Below, one piece after another: positions 21,963 through 31,955 of a stretch of DNA of 64,000 bases; position 1 is the stretch's first letter, and the number at the start of each line of letters is the position of its first letter. Source of the DNA: Candidatus Cloacimonadales bacterium. Lineage in GTDB: Bacteria; Cloacimonadota; Cloacimonadia; Cloacimonadales; JAFGVF01. The DNA is taken from positions 1,248,001 through 1,312,000 of the forward strand of contig CAXXOU010000004.1 of the NCBI GenBank assembly GCA_963677495.2. Direction: 5' to 3'. Under the pieces are notes generated by a model. That model had not been told where the DNA came from and did no database searches. It worked only from the letters and a program-made list of their open reading frames with translations. Made by a program: the position numbers and the translations under genes.

Positions 21963-22055
21963 AAAGTTATCCACGCAATGTGGATAACTTTGGCCTTCGC
22001 CAAGGAGGGTCCTTGGTGGCTCCTTGGTGGTTCCTACTTGGTTCCATGTTTTTGA
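21963..22055. repeat. 93-bp element, copy 2: inverted DnaA-box-like pair followed by 11-bp periodic CCTTGGTGG-like units
   Basis: TTATCCACG-caa-TGTGGATAA; units at 22000, 22011, 22022, 22033; ends TTCCATGTTTTTGA. Confidence 0.7.
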
Positions 22056-22199
22056 TTGGGAGCAATAAGGGGTTAATAATGCTAAATGCTAAATGTAAAA
22101 GATAGGGTATAAAATATTAACTATTGACAGTATTAAATTAAATCCTTAATTATGAATTATATTCATGTAGTTATCTGTAAAGTAATTGTTGGATGGTAA

Positions 22200-23648
22200 A
22201 TGATGAATGCAAATGATGTAAATAGAGACGACATTAGCGAAGAAAAAAAATCATTATCTAATGATTTATCTATTTCAGATATTGAAGTTTTGCTCAACAA
22301 CTCTGAAACTGCCTATATCCTTATAAATGGAGATCTAACAATTCAAGCTTTTAACCGCAAAGCGAATCAAAACTCCCTTATTGTGTATGGGAAAGAATTG
22401 CAAGTAGGCAAATCTATGATTGATTTTACAATACAAGGTACAGAGGAAGACTTTCAAAAAGATTTTTATAGCTGCCTGCAAGGTAGAACAATTCGTGTAG
22501 ATTTTGGGACCCCGTCTGATAATCCAGTTTTTTGGTTTGATTTCCGTTACAATCCTGTCATAAATAGCTCAGGAAATATAGATAAAGTGCTTTTTTCTGT
22601 TAATGATATAACTGAACGAAAAATCGCTGAGATTAAATTAAAAGAGAGCGAAGAAAGGTTTAAGGCTTTACATAACGCCTCTTTTGGTGGTATAGCCATT
22701 CATGATAAAGGAATAATTCTTGAATGTAACAAAGGATTATCAGAAATAACAGGTTATTCCCAAAGTGAATTGCATGGAATGGATGGTCTTCTGCTTATTG
22801 CTCCACAAACTAGAGATTATGTTATGGATAAAATAGTTTCCCATTATGAGAAGCCATATGAAGCTTTGGGTATCAAAAAGGATAAAACAGTATATCCTCT
22901 TAGATTAGAAGCAAGAGAAATCCCATATATGGGAAAGACAGTCAGAGCAGTTGAATTCAGAGATATAACAGAAGAGAAAGAAAAAGAAGCAGAAATAAAG
23001 AAAGCACTTAAAGTTAAAGAAGCACTTTTAAGAGAGCTTTATCACCGAACTAAGAACAACATGGGTGTAATCTCCGCTATTCTTTTAATCAATTCAGAAA
23101 GAACAGATGACTTACAAACCAAAAATGTTTTACGAGAGATTAATAACAAAATTGAAGTCATGGCATTGGTACACCAAAAGCTCTACCAGGCTCAAGATCT
23201 AACTAATATTGAACTTGATAAGTATATTAGAGACTTAACTGAGTTGATTGTTAGTTCCTATGGAAAACTCTCAAATGACATAACTGTTAATTATAATTTA
23301 AGTGATGTTCAGATGTCAATTGATTATGCTATTCCCTTAGGATTAATTATTGCTGAGTTGATATCTAACACCTTGAAACATGCTTTTCCTGAGAACAATA
23401 ATGGAGTTATTGATATTTCGCTTAGAAATCAAGATAATAATGACCTTATATTTACCTACTCTGATAACGGAATCGGACTAGAAAAAAGCATAAACCCTAA
23501 ATTCAACGGCTCAATGGGTTTCACATCAATATATGCAATAGCAGAAGGGCAACTAAATGGAGAAGTTAGTGTAAATACAAATATGGGATTAAGTTGGACA
23601 ATAAAATTAAAGAATCTATCATCAACTGAGAGAGTTTATAATGAATAA
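22200..23648 (+). CDS. PAS-domain HisKA_2 sensor histidine kinase
   Basis: Two PAS domains; ELYHRTKNN; ELISNTLKHAF; SDNGIG. Confidence 0.9.
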   Translation: MMNANDVNRDDISEEKKSLSNDLSISDIEVLLNNSETAYILINGDLTIQAFNRKANQNSLIVYGKELQVGKSMIDFTIQGTEEDFQKDFYSCLQGRTIRVDFGTPSDNPVFWFDFRYNPVINSSGNIDKVLFSVNDITERKIAEIKLKESEERFKALHNASFGGIAIHDKGIILECNKGLSEITGYSQSELHGMDGLLLIAPQTRDYVMDKIVSHYEKPYEALGIKKDKTVYPLRLEAREIPYMGKTVRAVEFRDITEEKEKEAEIKKALKVKEALLRELYHRTKNNMGVISAILLINSERTDDLQTKNVLREINNKIEVMALVHQKLYQAQDLTNIELDKYIRDLTELIVSSYGKLSNDITVNYNLSDVQMSIDYAIPLGLIIAELISNTLKHAFPENNNGVIDISLRNQDNNDLIFTYSDNGIGLEKSINPKFNGSMGFTSIYAIAEGQLNGEVSVNTNMGLSWTIKLKNLSSTERVYNE

Positions 23649-24006
23649 GACAATACTGATTGTAGAAGATGAAGCTTTAATAGCGATGTTACTGAAAATT
23701 ATGCTTGAGAAAGAGGGATATCAAATCTGTGGTAGTTTTGCTAAGGGTGAAGAAGCAGTAGAATTTGTCAAAACATCAAGTCCTGCTTTAATATTAATGG
23801 ATATAAACTTAGCCGGGACTATCAACGGGATTGAAACTGCAAGAAGTATAAAGACTATTTCAGATATCCCCTTGATTTTTATGTCCGGTTATCATATCTC
23901 AGATTATCAAGAGGAGATAGACAAAATAAAACCGATAACCTACCTAACCAAACCGATTCGATTTGCTGATTTAAAACCATATCTAGAACAAGTTTTTAAT
24001 GAATAA
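23641..24006 (+). CDS. Single-domain response regulator
   Basis: LIVEDE, LILMDINL, FMSG, LTKP; overlaps the kinase stop codon. Confidence 0.92.
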   Translation: MNKTILIVEDEALIAMLLKIMLEKEGYQICGSFAKGEEAVEFVKTSSPALILMDINLAGTINGIETARSIKTISDIPLIFMSGYHISDYQEEIDKIKPITYLTKPIRFADLKPYLEQVFNE

Positions 24007-24337
24007 ACTAGATGCATACTAATCTAGTTATACAATTCAGAAATACCCACATGAATAAATTCATAAAGTGAATTTAAATCTCTCTTAGTTCAGACTTGTG
24101 ATTCTCTTCTGAAAGATATTAAAGATTTAACTGGGTTAAGTCACTTTTTGTTTTGAAACAACAATGATTGAAGTATACTTCCATGGAGGTGTGTCCCTTT
24201 ATAACTTTAGTTTACATCTAACTCAGACTGTATACTCAATTTATTGATTATCCTAAAAAAGAATCTTCATTTATAACTTGCCTACATTCAAATGAAACTC
24301 AATTAGTTCTTCAACAGAATATGTCAGGAGTTTCGTT

Positions 24338-24925
24338 ATGGACAAACATAAGGTAGTTAAAGTAGGAGTTATACACGGGAGATTCCAGCTATTGCATCTG
24401 GAACATGTTGAATACTTACTAGCAGCAAAGCAACGATGTGAGTTTCTGTATATATGTATTACTAATATAACCCCTCTTCTCTCCAAACAGTTTGAAGGAG
24501 ATTTAAATCGTACAAGCCTGAAAGCAAATCCCTTTACTTACTATGAACGATTGGATATGGTAAGAGATGCCATGCTATCACATGGAATCCCAAGAAATGA
24601 GTTTGAGATTGTACCTCTCCCCATCCGATATCCGGAGACTTATAGCTCTTTTGTCCCCTTAGATGCAACTTTCTATACATCAATCTACGATGATTGGGGG
24701 CGTAAAAAAGTTGAAATATTTAAAGCTCTACACCTCAAAGTTGAAGTCTTATGGGACCGAGATATTAGTGAGAAAAAAATATCAGGTAGCTATGTCAGAG
24801 ACCTAATTGCACATGATAATGAGTGGAAACATCTTGTTCCTAAATCAACTTATGATTATGTTATTAACAACAATTTGGTGCAAAGAATCAGAGATACTTT
24901 TGGAGTAGATCAGGATAGTGAGTAG
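24338..24925 (+). CDS. HIGH-superfamily nucleotidyltransferase (NMN/NaMN adenylyltransferase-like)
   Basis: HGRFQLLHLEH, NPFTYYER, ISGSYVR, WKHLVP. Confidence 0.75.
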   Translation: MDKHKVVKVGVIHGRFQLLHLEHVEYLLAAKQRCEFLYICITNITPLLSKQFEGDLNRTSLKANPFTYYERLDMVRDAMLSHGIPRNEFEIVPLPIRYPETYSSFVPLDATFYTSIYDDWGRKKVEIFKALHLKVEVLWDRDISEKKISGSYVRDLIAHDNEWKHLVPKSTYDYVINNNLVQRIRDTFGVDQDSE

Positions 24926-27148
24926 TGAACTCGAAAGACTCAGAAAATAGAATAAAATCCTACGAAAGATGCTTGGCTTGACTGATGATGAAGTAATCGA
25001 TGACTCTAGCTCTAATTTAGTTAACATCAACAGCCCAGTAGAAGAAAAGATAGCTCTATTTAGCTTATTATTCAGAGGACGTAAGGATGTATATGCAGTA
25101 CGGTGGGAAAGTAAACAGGGAAAGTCAGGTTATTCGCCTGTTTGTTTGAATCGTTGGAACAAGTCTAAATGTGCACTCCCAAAGATTAAGTGTGCAAATT
25201 GCAGCTATACAGAGTACTCCCCTATCACTGACAAGGTTGTTTTCAATCATCTCTCCGGAAGCTTTGTTATGGGGCTTTATCCCCTAAGTAAAAAGAATCA
25301 ATGCTGGTTTCTGGCAATTGACTTTGATGAAAGTACTTGGCGAGATGATGTACTAGCAACACAACAAACTTGTACGAATCTTAACGTACCTTCCTATATA
25401 GAAATCTCCCGCTCTGGGCATGGAGCACACTTATGGATATTCTTTTCAATTGCAATCCCTGCTGTAAGAGCAAGAGAATTAGGAGCTCATATCATTAAAA
25501 CAACCCTTCAATCCGGTAATATGCTGAATCTAAAATCATATGATCGTATGTTTCCGAGCCAAGATGAACTAATGAAAGATGGGTTGGGAAATCTAATTGC
25601 TTTACCTTTACAGAAAAATGCTAGGAATCAAGGCTACTCTGTATTTGTTTCCAGAGACTTCAAAGTCTATCCTGATCAGTGGGCTTTTTTATCCAATGTT
25701 AAGAAGATTACTCCCGAGCAATTAAAGAATGCATTAAACATTATCCCAAATAGTATTAGTGATTTGAAAAGGAACGATGAACCTGCCAAGATTGTGATTG
25801 CTAATCAAATCTATATCTCTAAAGATTGTTTACCTAAAAGTGTTTACTACAAACTAATACAATTAGCATCATTCAGTAATCCTGAATTCTATATCGCACA
25901 AGCTAGTAGAAGATCGACTCATAATATTCCCAAGTTTATTAATTGTAGTACTAACTACCTAAATTCAATATCCCTTCCATCCGGTCTACTTTTCAAAGTA
26001 ATGGAGTTGCTCAAAAGTAATAGGATTGAGTTTACTCTTCTAGATAATCGCTTTGAAGGAAATAGAATCAACATCGAGTTTATTGGTGAGTTAGTTGATA
26101 GTCAAAAGAGGGCAAGTTCAAAAGTCTTGTCAAAAAAATGGTAGTTCTATGTGCTTCAACAGGCTTTGGTAAAACCGTTGTTGCTATTTCAGTTATTGCT
26201 TCTAGAAAGGTTAATACTCTTATTCTGGCTCATAGGAAAGAACTTCTTGAACAGTGGATAGAGAAACTCAACGTATTCTCTGAATTAGATGAGATTGGTG
26301 TAATTGGTCAGTCAAAAAGAAGACTTACACATATTGTGGATGTTGCAATGATACAAAGCCTACGTAGAATGGATTCATCTGACTTTGATAAGTACGGGCA
26401 AATAATAGTAGATGAATGTCATCATATTGCTGCATATTCTTTCGAAAGTATTTTAAAGAAGTTCAGTTCCAGATACATAGTTGGATTAACTGCAACTCCA
26501 AAACGTAAAGATGGATTACATCCAATAATATATATGCAATGTGGAGATTTGATTAGTTTCAGTTCTTCTCATTTCCATTTTACACCCATGTATCTAATCA
26601 AAAGAGAAACTTCATTCTTTTCAAATGAAAAGAGCTTAAAACATGCTCAACTAATATCCGAAATGGCTTCCAATGAAAAGCGAAACTATATGATATTCGA
26701 AGATGTTATTGATGCATTAGAGCGGAAAAGATATCCAATCATTCTTACTGAGCGACTAAACCATGTAAATGCACTTGCTACAATTTTTAGTAAGACATGT
26801 AAGAACTTGATAATTATCAAAGGTGGAATGAGTAAAAAACAACGACAAGAACTTAAAACGACGCTTAAATCTATTCCTGATGGTGAAGAAAGGTTGATTA
26901 TAGCAACTGGGAAATATATAGGAGAAGGTTTTGATTATCCAATATTGGACACATTGTTTTTAACTATGCCAATATCCTGGAAAGGAACGCTACAACAATA
27001 TGTAGGCCGTTTGATGAGAAACTACAAGAATAAAGACTCGATTGAAGTATATGACTATGTTGATGTTGAAGTTCCTAAACTTACTAAAATGTATGAAAAG
27101 CGTTTTAGAGCTTATAGAAGTTTAGGTTTTACTGTAGAGAAAGAGTGA
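24918..27148 (+). pseudogene. Disrupted AEP-primase/SF2 helicase fusion (TOTE-conflict-system-like), given as ORFs 24969-26144 and 26138-27148
   Basis: LFRGRKDVYA, zinc-binding Cys, AIDFD, EISRSGHGAHLWIFF, GLGNLIALPLQ; then ASTGFGKT, DECHH, GLTATP, QQYVGR; in-frame TAG at 24948 and -1 shift at the A7 run 26132-26138. Confidence 0.75.
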
Positions 27149-27150
27149 AT

Positions 27151-28020
27151 CTACACAATATGTAAACTATTCTTAGTTACTTCCACAAACATCTCTTTGC
27201 ACCAAGCTTCGATCTCTTTAGATTCATGGATAAATGGTATGACATCCTGTTTAGCTTGTTCAAAATCTACTTCATTGAATCGTCTTATTAGAAGTTCATT
27301 TAAAACTTCTTGAGTAAGTCTTTTATTAAGTTTGAGATGCCCACTTTGCTTCATGCGTGATTCTAGATGCATAATATTGAGCTTTATTCCCTTACTTAAG
27401 TACCATATATAATCATAGAAATCTCTTCCTTTAACTCGACTACCCCAACTTCGACATAACAAGGCATGTACTTTTCCTGCAAAAAGAGAATCCAAAGTAT
27501 AGGTTTTAACTGAGAAAGCGATTGGATTCAGATGATACTTGTTCTCGAATGTGGCACCTTTCGGTGGGTTGATATCAACTTCAAGCTTTATCTTTATCAA
27601 CTCATCTGAATGAATGCTTTGGATTAAACTGTCAGATGGAACAATACGTAAAAGATGAACTTTGGTTCCACCCTTTATAAACGCAGTTCTTATATTTGAA
27701 TTTTGAGATTTGCTTTTTTCAATGACCTGCATATCAAATCCGAAAGAGCCTAATTCGTCTTTTACGTACTTAGAATACTTTGAAAGAGTAAAATCAGTAT
27801 CAGGATGAATCAGACTAAAATCCAAATCCTCTGAGAATCTATTCAATCCATAGAATATTCTTAAACACGTACCACCGTAAAAGGTAGCATAATTAAAGAA
27901 TCCGGAACGATACAAACCTAGTAGTGTAACTTCTTGAACTATCTCTTTGATAGCATGCTTTCTGTCCTCAAGATTCTTCAATTCATACTTCTCAAGCATA
28001 GACATTATACCACTATGCAT
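27151..28020 (-). CDS. abiEii: AbiEii-family nucleotidyltransferase toxin (type IV toxin-antitoxin)
   Basis: FYGGTCLRIFYGLNRFSEDLDFS, IKIKLEVD, KVHALLCR..VKGRDFYD. Confidence 0.92.
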   Translation of the reverse strand: MHSGIMSMLEKYELKNLEDRKHAIKEIVQEVTLLGLYRSGFFNYATFYGGTCLRIFYGLNRFSEDLDFSLIHPDTDFTLSKYSKYVKDELGSFGFDMQVIEKSKSQNSNIRTAFIKGGTKVHLLRIVPSDSLIQSIHSDELIKIKLEVDINPPKGATFENKYHLNPIAFSVKTYTLDSLFAGKVHALLCRSWGSRVKGRDFYDYIWYLSKGIKLNIMHLESRMKQSGHLKLNKRLTQEVLNELLIRRFNEVDFEQAKQDVIPFIHESKEIEAWCKEMFVEVTKNSLHIV

Positions 28021-28606
28021 ATATGAACTCCTTCAAATGCCATTCTGCAAACTTAATGCAAATGCGTTTCCTATACAGTTTAGCTAATGTAACAAGTGTC
28101 TGGGAGTTCAGGGATGCAACTCTATCCATATCGACGCGTAGGTCTGACTCAAGTAGCTCATGAAACTTGACATCAGCATTCTTAATTCGTGATAACTTAT
28201 CCAAAACCGCCTTCTCCGGAGTTGCTATTAAAAAACTATAATCACCTTCACTAGTGACAATTACTTCTAAGGGATATGCCTTTTCAGGGACATGGTAATA
28301 ATGAAAAGCTCCAATTGGTGTATTAAATATCTTGTTTTTATTCTTTCCATAAGATGCACATGTAATAGTTTTTACCTGTTCAGGAATCAATCCGTAATAA
28401 CTGAGAGCAGACTCAAAACTAACATAGGAAGGGCCATAAAGAATACCTGATATTGCTTTTAAAGAGTAATTCTGTTCATTACCTGGGATATATAATCCAC
28501 GCTTGATTTGAATGAGTTCTTCACTCTTTATCATTCTAGTTAGCTTCGACTTTGGAGAAGCGTACTCTTTTAATTCTTCTTTTAATCCAAGTGAAGTAAT
28601 TATCAT
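28013..28606 (-). CDS. abiEi: AbiEi-family antitoxin/transcriptional regulator
   Basis: IKRGLY wHTH, PSYVSFESALSYYGLIPE, IATPEKAVLD; overlaps the toxin start. Confidence 0.88.
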   Translation of the reverse strand: MIITSLGLKEELKEYASPKSKLTRMIKSEELIQIKRGLYIPGNEQNYSLKAISGILYGPSYVSFESALSYYGLIPEQVKTITCASYGKNKNKIFNTPIGAFHYYHVPEKAYPLEVIVTSEGDYSFLIATPEKAVLDKLSRIKNADVKFHELLESDLRVDMDRVASLNSQTLVTLAKLYRKRICIKFAEWHLKEFIYA

Positions 28607-28608
28607 TA

Positions 28609-28654
28609 TTCCTCCAATAAGTACAACTTATTCATACTTACTGGAGGAAGTCAA
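28609..28654 (-). promoter_or_regulatory. abiE promoter/operator: 15-bp inverted repeat over the RBS and promoter spacer
   Basis: TTCCTCCAATAAGTA (28609-28623) and TACTTACTGGAGGAA (28635-28649), one mismatch; TTGACT on the minus strand at the distal edge. Confidence 0.7.
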
Positions 28655-28764
28655 GTATTTTGTATTATTAATGCTATAGATAATATTTGACAGTCTTAAT
28701 TGCTTTTTGAATCATGAGCAAGAAACGAATATAAGGAAAGCTTTATTACATAAAGAGTTACACT

Positions 28765-29355
28765 ATGAATTACAAAATTAAATTAGAAAAGCCACAAGAT
28801 TACGAAGAAGTAAATCTACTTACCAGAAAAGCTTTCTGGAACGATGAAAAGTATGAAAAAGATGGATTAGGCTGTGATGAACATTATCTTGCACATCTAC
28901 TTAGAGATGCTCCTGAGTTTATTCACGAACTTGATTTTGTGATTGAAAAGGATGGCAAGATTGTTGCCAATATTATGTACACACATTGTAAAGTTATTGA
29001 TAATGTTGGAACAGTACATAAAGTTATTACCTTTGGACCTGTGAGTGTACTTCCTGATTATCAAAAACAGGGATATGGGACAATCATAATTAAGCATTCT
29101 CTTCAAATTGCCAAGGAGATGGGATTCCCGGCTGTGATTATTTTCGGTCATCCAGAATACTATCCTAGATTTGGTTTCAAAGAAGCAGGAGATTATGGTA
29201 TCACTACTTCTGATGGTCACACTTTCCCAGCGTTCATGGCTCTTGAGCTTGAATCAGGTTCACTTAAAAATGTTTCTGGAAAGCTACATATCTCCCCTGT
29301 CTTCACTATAGACCAGAAAGAAGCTCTTAATTTCGACAATCAATTCAAGGAATAA
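28765..29355 (+). CDS. GNAT acetyltransferase (YhbS-like)
   Basis: FGPVSVLPDYQKQGYG, FGHPEYYPRFGF, FMALEL. Confidence 0.9.
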   Translation: MNYKIKLEKPQDYEEVNLLTRKAFWNDEKYEKDGLGCDEHYLAHLLRDAPEFIHELDFVIEKDGKIVANIMYTHCKVIDNVGTVHKVITFGPVSVLPDYQKQGYGTIIIKHSLQIAKEMGFPAVIIFGHPEYYPRFGFKEAGDYGITTSDGHTFPAFMALELESGSLKNVSGKLHISPVFTIDQKEALNFDNQFKE

Positions 29356-29413
29356 ACATTGACGATATAAAATTACTCCTTAAAGTTCGGCAACACTACT
29401 TTAAGGAGTATCT

Positions 29414-30574
29414 ATGACTAAGATGTTGAAGACTGTAATGTTAGTTGTTGTTATGCTCTCAGTTTTCGGGGGTTGTTTTGCAACAGAACTGAGCACAACT
29501 ACTAAGCTTGAAGATGTTATCGAAGTTCAGAAGTATTTCCGTTCAATTCACATCATGGCTATGCTATTAGCCGGTTTCGGGTTCTTAATGGTATTCATTA
29601 GAAAGTATGGTCGAACAGCAATTACAGCTACATATATGATGGTTAGTATTGCTATCCCAACCTATTTTCTAGTTGAACACTTTGGATGGTTTGCTCATCC
29701 GGGAGCACCAATTAATAGCCTAATTCTTGCAGAGTTTGCAGCTGCTGCTCTTCTGATTAGTGCAGGAGCAGTACTTGGGAGATTAAAAGTATATCAATAC
29801 ATACTACTCGGTTTACTATTCGTTCCTGCCTACACCTTGAATGAATGGATTATGTTATCAGGTGGTTTTGGACTTATTCCTGAAGGCACGTTAGTTGATA
29901 CCGGTGGTTCAATTGTAATTCATACATTTGGTGCTATCTTTGGACTTGGGCTAATCTTCTCACTTACGACTAAAAAAGAGTTCGAGACTGAAGTTGAATC
30001 AGATGCGGTTAGTGATAGATTCTCTCTACTTGGCAGTATGATTCTTTGGATATTCTGGCCAAGTTTCTGTGCTGCTTTAGTTGCACCAAAGGACCTGATA
30101 CCGACTGTTATCAATGTAATACTTGCTCTCTGTGGTTCCACTCTTGCAACTTATGTTGCATCAGTTGGTCTTCGCAAGAAAGTATCTCCTGAAGACATTG
30201 CAAATGCTACTTTAGCCGGTGGTGTTGCTATTGGTTCAACTTGCGATGTGACAATAGCCCCTTATGCGTTCATTATTGGTATTCTTGCAGGATTACTATC
30301 TACATTAGGTTTTGCAGTTATTAAAGAGAAACTTCAAGCTGTTATCAAGAAGATGGATACATGTGGTGTCCTTTATCTTCATGGTTTACCCGGTATCCTC
30401 GGTGGTCTCGCAGCTCTCTTTGTTACTAAAGGCATCAATGTACAATCTCAATTATTAGGTCTTTTGATAACTGTAATTGTTGCACTTGTAACCGGTTTAA
30501 TTATTGGTAAAATCGTCTCATTTACAGGTAAAGTCACTCTACCTTATGATGATGAAAATGATTTAGAAGTATAG
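29414..30574 (+). CDS. Rh-type (Rh50) ammonium/ammonia channel
   Basis: HIMAMLLAGFGFLMVFIRKYG, DTGGSIVIHTFGAIFG, LWIFWPSF, NATLAGGVAIG, DTCGVLYLHGLPG (twin His). Confidence 0.88.
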   Translation: MTKMLKTVMLVVVMLSVFGGCFATELSTTTKLEDVIEVQKYFRSIHIMAMLLAGFGFLMVFIRKYGRTAITATYMMVSIAIPTYFLVEHFGWFAHPGAPINSLILAEFAAAALLISAGAVLGRLKVYQYILLGLLFVPAYTLNEWIMLSGGFGLIPEGTLVDTGGSIVIHTFGAIFGLGLIFSLTTKKEFETEVESDAVSDRFSLLGSMILWIFWPSFCAALVAPKDLIPTVINVILALCGSTLATYVASVGLRKKVSPEDIANATLAGGVAIGSTCDVTIAPYAFIIGILAGLLSTLGFAVIKEKLQAVIKKMDTCGVLYLHGLPGILGGLAALFVTKGINVQSQLLGLLITVIVALVTGLIIGKIVSFTGKVTLPYDDENDLEV

Positions 30575-30590
30575 ATTTTAAAAGAAGATT

Positions 30591-30614
30591 GGGAGTTCCT
30601 ATTACGGAACTCCC
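30591..30614. terminator. Hairpin terminator between convergent genes
   Basis: GGGAGTTCC-tattac-GGAACTCCC. Confidence 0.75.
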
Positions 30615-30622
30615 TTTCCAAT

Positions 30623-31501
30623 TTATATTGTATGTCTTAAGGGAACGCTGTTTAGCCTTTCAGCACTCATTCCGGCAATAGTATCATCTATTTTCTTTAT
30701 TATTTCTGTCTTATCGCGTGGTAAAACAGCATCAAATGAAAGTGAGTTGATGACATGGATTCCAAGATATGATACATTCTTTAAATCTATCAACTCAATC
30801 AACTTCTTCTGTTCTTCGAATACTTCCAACTCAGTAGCTAATTCGAACTTATCATTCGCTATATCCTTAGCTAATTGACTGCCTTCAGCAGGACTTAATG
30901 TTGTTGGTACAATGCCGACCGGATTAGTTGCATTGATTAGCTTAGCTGTTGCTATTGCATTATCGATACCCTTTCCCCTACCGGCTGCACCGAACATGAA
31001 TCCAAAGAGATAGTCAATCCCTGCCTTATTCAACCTTTTAAGCTGAACATAGGAATCTTGAAGACTGAAGCCCTTGTTGTGGTAGATCAATGCTTCTTCC
31101 AGTCCTGTCTCAGCACCAACCCATAATTCATTAATCTTTAGTTCTCTTAGCTCTTTCAACTCTTCATCTGTTTTCCCTTTTATATTGTTGATAGAAGCAT
31201 ACATTGTAATCACTTCTACTTCCGGGAAATACTTGATTACAAGCTCTGCAATAGGTTTCAATCTACTTGCAGCTAACACAAAAGCATCACCATTGACAAG
31301 AAAGACTCTTCGAACACTTCCATATAAGTTTCTAGCTTCAATGATATCTTTTTCGATTTGCTCTAATGATTCAGTTGCAAACTTCACGTCCCGATACATA
31401 TTGCAAAACGTACATTTGTTATGAGCACAACCAACAGTTACCTGAAGCAACAAAGTATTCGCTTCATATGGTGGTCTATATATTGGTCCTGTAAATTTCA
31501 T
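30623..31501 (-). CDS. Radical SAM protein of unknown function
   Basis: IYRPPYEA..LLQVTVGCAHNKCTFCNMY (CxxxCxxC). Confidence 0.88.
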   Translation of the reverse strand: MKFTGPIYRPPYEANTLLLQVTVGCAHNKCTFCNMYRDVKFATESLEQIEKDIIEARNLYGSVRRVFLVNGDAFVLAASRLKPIAELVIKYFPEVEVITMYASINNIKGKTDEELKELRELKINELWVGAETGLEEALIYHNKGFSLQDSYVQLKRLNKAGIDYLFGFMFGAAGRGKGIDNAIATAKLINATNPVGIVPTTLSPAEGSQLAKDIANDKFELATELEVFEEQKKLIELIDLKNVSYLGIHVINSLSFDAVLPRDKTEIIKKIDDTIAGMSAERLNSVPLRHTI

Positions 31502-31511
31502 AGCTTGTTTC

Positions 31512-31808
31512 CTAACCGATCTGTGTCATCTCACTGACGATAAATTCTTTAACTGCTCCTTCTGTAGCTTCCAGATATGCAGCAAGATGAGGGTTATTCA
31601 TATGCTTCTGCCAAAGCTCCCTATTCTCCCAATTCTCGAAGAACATGAAAGAATTTGGATTATCATTGTCCTGATGCAAATCATACTGCAGACAACCCTC
31701 TTCAGCTCTTGTTACATCAATAAGTTTTACTAATTCCTTCAACACTAAATTTCTTTTCTCTTCATGTGCCAATATTCTTGCAACAATCGTTAATTTTCCG
31801 TTTTCCAT
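31512..31808 (-). CDS. Putative quinol monooxygenase (ABM domain)
   Basis: TRAEEGCLQYDLHQD..FMFFENW..HMNNPH. Confidence 0.88.
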   Translation of the reverse strand: MENGKLTIVARILAHEEKRNLVLKELVKLIDVTRAEEGCLQYDLHQDNDNPNSFMFFENWENRELWQKHMNNPHLAAYLEATEGAVKEFIVSEMTQIG

Positions 31809-31955
31809 TTCATCTCCTATACTATTTCTTTTTACTATACTTTTTATATTTACTACATATTTTACTGATTAGACATATTGTCAAACAAATTTTTCATTTA
31901 TATCCCGTTCCTTTTGCGATAACGCAAACTTTTAGTAAACTCTTTAGCAAAACGC

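Noticed and set aside
24948..24950. Pyrrolysine or stop-codon recoding at the in-frame TAG
   Set aside because: TAG ends many ordinary genes in this window and no pyl genes are seen; a point mutation is simpler
17000..31900. Integron cassette array
   Set aside because: Mixed gene orientations, no convincing attC sites and no intI
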